A stretch of 41,074 nucleotides of DNA from Trichinella spiralis. Its lineage: Eukaryota. This document shows positions 36,922-41,074 of the stretch, piece after piece. A program made the translations under genes and the position numbers. Below the pieces are notes generated by a model. The model had not been told where the DNA came from. It made no database searches and worked only from the letters and a program-made list of their open reading frames with translations. Position 1 is the first letter of the stretch; each line of letters starts with the position of its first letter. The stretch spans positions 2,799,666-2,840,739 of the forward strand of contig NW_003526943.1 in assembly GCF_000181795.1 (NCBI RefSeq), given 5' to 3'.

Positions 36922-37826
36922 TTAGGATTTTCCTGACAGTTCTTTTAAATAAGAAAAACTTTGATATTTCGGATCTGTAATGATCAATGCAGATCTTTTG
37001 TAAAGATGATAATAAATCACTGCACCTTAAAATAGGAAACGATCAACGTGTAAAGAATAAAGTAAATCCAGTGAAAACTTACACAATCTGTGAATAGTGT
37101 AAACGGCAACTAAACCTGGTCCAAAAGATATTTCATATTCGCGTCCATTTCTGTATTGCTAAATAATTGCAACATGGTCGAATTATTGCGTAATGTGAAT
37201 AATTTTTAGTCAATACTTACAAGACTGCAAATGTGGAACGTTAGCGATAGAACCAAATAAATTAACCACGCCCATACAGTATATTGAAATCGTTTGAAAA
37301 GCACCATTATTAATCCTGCTTGGAAGACGTGCGTGGTGAATATAGTTAGGAAGAGGATGATCAATGCCATCACTGTGCAAGTGTCTTGAATTCTAAATTG
37401 AATTGTTTTATTTATTTAAATTTAGATATTATTTATTTATTTATTTAAATGCTGTTGTATTGATGATGTCACACTTGTCGTTTTAATTTTTATCATTTGA
37501 ATCATCATCGTTCAATGAAAGCATTTAAAAAATTTTATTAATCAAGCTTAATATGTAAACTATTTTTAAAATTATTTTATAAGATTTCAAGGCACATGAT
37601 ATTTAAAATTAAAAGAAAATGGTATTTTATTGTAATAATTATATGTAAATTAAGATAAACTGTTGAGAAGTTAAAAATGGATGTGAATTTTTTGAACGTA
37701 CGCATACAGCATCAGCTGCGCTGTGTTGCTCCAGAAAAACAAAGGAGTTGTAATATTGAAGCATAAATCCAACATAAGAAGCAAAACTTGTAATGAAAGA
37801 ATTTGAGCATTGCAAATTTCGAACAT
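36922..37826 (-). CDS. TMEM138: Ciliary transmembrane protein 138; 4 exons, about 158 aa
   Basis: Exons 37826-37702, 37392-37221, 37158-37083 and 37025-36922. Translation ILSLQVLLLMLDLCFN...QLMLYAIQD...THVFQAGLIMVLFKRF...IHRLCAVIYYHLYKRSALIITDPKY matches TMEM138 hallmarks (IQD, VFQAGL, YKRxA...DP). Confidence 0.92.
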
Positions 37827-37857
37827 TTCTTTGGCCAACCTCCAACTGATGTTTCTA

Positions 37858-37871
37858 GTTTCCTTGGCAAC
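37858..37871 (-). promoter_or_regulatory. X-box (RFX/DAF-19 binding site) upstream of TMEM138
   Basis: GTTTCCTTGGCAAC (reverse complement GTTGCCAAGGAAAC), a 14-bp imperfect palindrome about 32 bp upstream of the ATG of a ciliary gene. Confidence 0.75.
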
Positions 37872-40641
37872 TTAACATACAGTATACTCAATTAATCAAT
37901 CGAGGATTTGCTTTGAAAATTTTGTATTTGTTTAATTATTTTTTATTTATTGAAATTAATAAATTCCTTGATCAGTTTATTTAAAATGATAATATTATTT
38001 TGTTGAGTTTAATTTATATTTATAAATAAAGTAACGGCATTAAGTAAATTAAAATAAAAGATTTAAAATTTAATAATGAAAGCTTCTTTATCCTTATTTT
38101 CAGTAATGTTTTGTAAATATAAATTAGTTCTGCAATATTTTACGTCACTTTTAGAAATATTGAATATCTTTACACATAGCTAATTTTGTTTATTTTTATT
38201 ATGAAAAGCGTTAAATTATAGCAGATTAAGCATTTTACTTAAGCAAATTGATATTTGTTTAAAACTGTTGATGTAATTTTACATAAATGAATCATTTGTT
38301 TGTTATTTGTTTTTGTTTTACAGATCTCATCAAGTTTCAGAGGAACAAAACTTTTGAGGATGATATTTTTCAGATTCAAACTGTTAAATATTTATTGATT
38401 GCAAAAACTGTTTTGCAGTTTGATTATTTTTGGCAGTTGGATGAGCATTAATTAATTTGGGTATTCAGTTAATCATTTCGTATTCATAATGCCATATGAA
38501 TATTAATTTTCAAATCATAATATTTATTCATTAAAATTATTCATGATTTTTTATTGTTTACGTAAAATGAAAATTGATTCATGAATTAAACATGCAGATT
38601 ATACACGTTTGAAGCTACTTCATTAACTGCTATTTAAAACATGTTTTTTTTTATTTTACTTTTTTCAAATTTAAAATAAGATATTTTAACAAGTTTTATG
38701 GCTCTTACTAAAAAAATTTACTCAAGTAATAATTTGATATCCACTTTCTGTTTTTCAGCCATTTAATTTGTATATTATGTTTTGTTATTTTGAATCAATG
38801 GATACAGCTCATCTAATTAATTATTCTACACGCTGTTTTCTTTTAGACGTTGTTGCTTGTTAATACATTTTAAATTACTTATTATAGGATAATTTATGAA
38901 GTGCTACTTTTTGTCCGTTTTTTGCATTTAATTATTTTTTGAATGATGAAACAATTTGTGTAAATGATAAAAATAAATAAATTCATTCATTAAAATTTTA
39001 TAAAAATTTTGCATGATCTTTCACAGATTATTTTTATTTTCATACAACAAATGTAAATGAAGTGTTTGTTATTACTCTGTTTTTATCTTTGAAGAAGAAA
39101 CAGTGTTAGCAAAAATTTTAATTTTCATAGGTTATTCATCGTTTTATTAAATGCATTTCGAAGCAGAATTCTAATAAAAACAGCATTATTTGAAATAATG
39201 AGTTAATTATCAATGTTTGGTAAAGTAAGTGCGCATATTTTGCATTTGTCAATTGCAGAATATTTTAAGGCGGAAATGTGAAAAGAATCAAAAGAAAAGA
39301 AAGAAAAGAACCAAAGAATTTTATCTATGGGCTATGAGAAAAATCTATTAGCTAAAATGTTAAGAATTTTCAATACTGATAAAATGAAGCATTTTTTTAA
39401 TGATGAAACTGTTGAATAAGCTTCATGTAAAATTAACTGAAATGACGGTTATTATAAACTGTGGAAACTGACAGACAATTTTCACTAAAATTTAAGAAGG
39501 TAATTGTTTCGAATTATTGTTATTGTGAACTTTTATAAATCACATCTGTTTTCAGCTGTGTGTGAATATTCTCTGAAAATTTCGGTCGATTTAAGTAATT
39601 ATCAGTCAGATTGAATAATTATCTATGATCAAAAAAATTCTGATGCATAAAGAAATATTTTTATATCCTTACAAGAGAATTGAATCATTATTTATAAAAT
39701 AAATACGCCATAAAAAGAAATTAAATGACATTCTGATGTAAATTATTTTTTAAAGTAAAACTAAGTTTACAGTACATTTTTTAAATATTTAACTAAGCTG
39801 ATTTTAATACGAAGTTAACATAAATTTTGTGAAGTATTCTCTGATTCTGCACAATCGCATATTTTCATCAAAATGTTTTTCTTGTTGCATTTAATTTTTA
39901 ATATATATTAATACTCGAATTACTCAAAAACTGGAAAAAAGAATGTTTATTTTTACATTAATAAAGAAGCTCTTCTTTTTATTTGTTTAGAATAAAAAGC
40001 TTTTTAGAATTCTTTTCCTGCATTTCAGCGTACTGATAAAGTAAAGTAATGCTATTTTTCAACTTTGAGCTGTTCTTACTGAATGACTTGCTGTTTGGTG
40101 ATATTTTCTTTGATGTCGAAAAACATCTTCTAAAATAAGCGTGTATTTTCAAAACATTTGCAAATGCAAATTCCTTATATACTGTATTGTAATACTCAGT
40201 CACGTTGATGTTTTAAGCATAAACGGAGATACGCGGACATAGTGTATTGTGATCTGCAGATGAAACTTTAAAATCTTAGATTAATATAAACATTATTTTC
40301 ATTATTCGAATAACACATTACATTTTTTAGAACAAAATTTGTCGATAATATTGTTTATAGAGTTTATCATATCCTCATTTATCACCTGGTAATCGTTTAA
40401 CTAAGTGCCAAAAATCTTGTTGAAACCAATGAACAGTAGTTACTTAAGTGAAAAAGTATTTGATTATCCATTAGGGAGGGGGCGGCCACCCAAGTCACTA
40501 TATCAACGCTACTGGCAGTAATCTTTTCTAAACGGTGTTTGCAAATTGTGTTTTCAGTAACTTCAGCTAGTAGCACTTGAAAAAAATTTACTTTTTTTAA
40601 ATTAATGCCTCACATAAACAAATTTTGAAAATAATAAATGG

Positions 40642-40782
40642 TATCATTGTATCATACTATACCATATCATATCTAATAGTATCATATCACATAATATTGT
40701 AAAATACCATATCATATCATATCCTATCCTATCCTATCCTATCCTATCCTATCCTATCATATCATATCACATCATATCATAC
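40642..40782. repeat. Compound pentanucleotide microsatellite: (ATCCT)7 core flanked by degenerate (ATCAT)n
   Basis: Read directly from the sequence. Confidence 0.92.
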
Positions 40783-41074
40783 TAAGTCCTTTCATCAGTC
40801 AAACTGAATTTATAAATTCTACGTACAAGTGCTACGTATGATAAACCTAATACTGCTTTGTAAACAGAGTTCATTTTAGAGCAGCTTCTCTTATGCACTT
40901 GTTCATAGCTTAAATGCCATTTGCGGTATTATTCAAGTATCGTTTTTTCATTTTTTAAAAAGAATATATAGTTCTTCATAGCAGTAACTTAGTTATATTG
41001 ATTTATTGTTCTACAAACATTTTTGATATTTGCTAAAATTCATTTGGTAAAATGAGTTATCAGAAAATAGCCTG

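Noticed and set aside
40642..40782. Repeat considered as a telomeric or CRISPR-like array
   Set aside because: It is a simple 5-bp tandem with no unique spacers and does not match the TTAGGC/TTAGGG telomere units.

Overview
AT-rich eukaryotic genomic DNA with short GT-AG introns (TTTCAG/TTTTAG-type acceptors). Composition, intron style and gene content suggest a nematode, possibly clade I (Trichinella-like); this is an inference. I assembled the exons by hand and checked splice phases. Contents in order: terminal exon of a low-complexity Ser-rich protein (possibly ARHGAP21/PAC-1-like); a degenerate two-RRM protein; tRNA-Gln(CTG); an Alba-family RPP25-like gene; GTPBP10; an ACC-type Cys-loop chloride channel subunit; a Ptf1a bHLH gene with both RBPJ/CSL-binding motifs; a predicted GPI-anchored Cu-only-SOD-repeat-like protein that appears to lack its metal ligands; KANSL2; an unrecognised predicted secreted protein; and TMEM138 with an RFX X-box just upstream. 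No CRISPR array, transposon or prokaryote-type system is supported. I found no clear new multi-gene system. The strongest novelty candidates are the pseudo-SOD repeat surface protein, the orphan secreted gene and the intact PTF1-RBPJ interface. Family assignments come from recalled motifs, not database searches.
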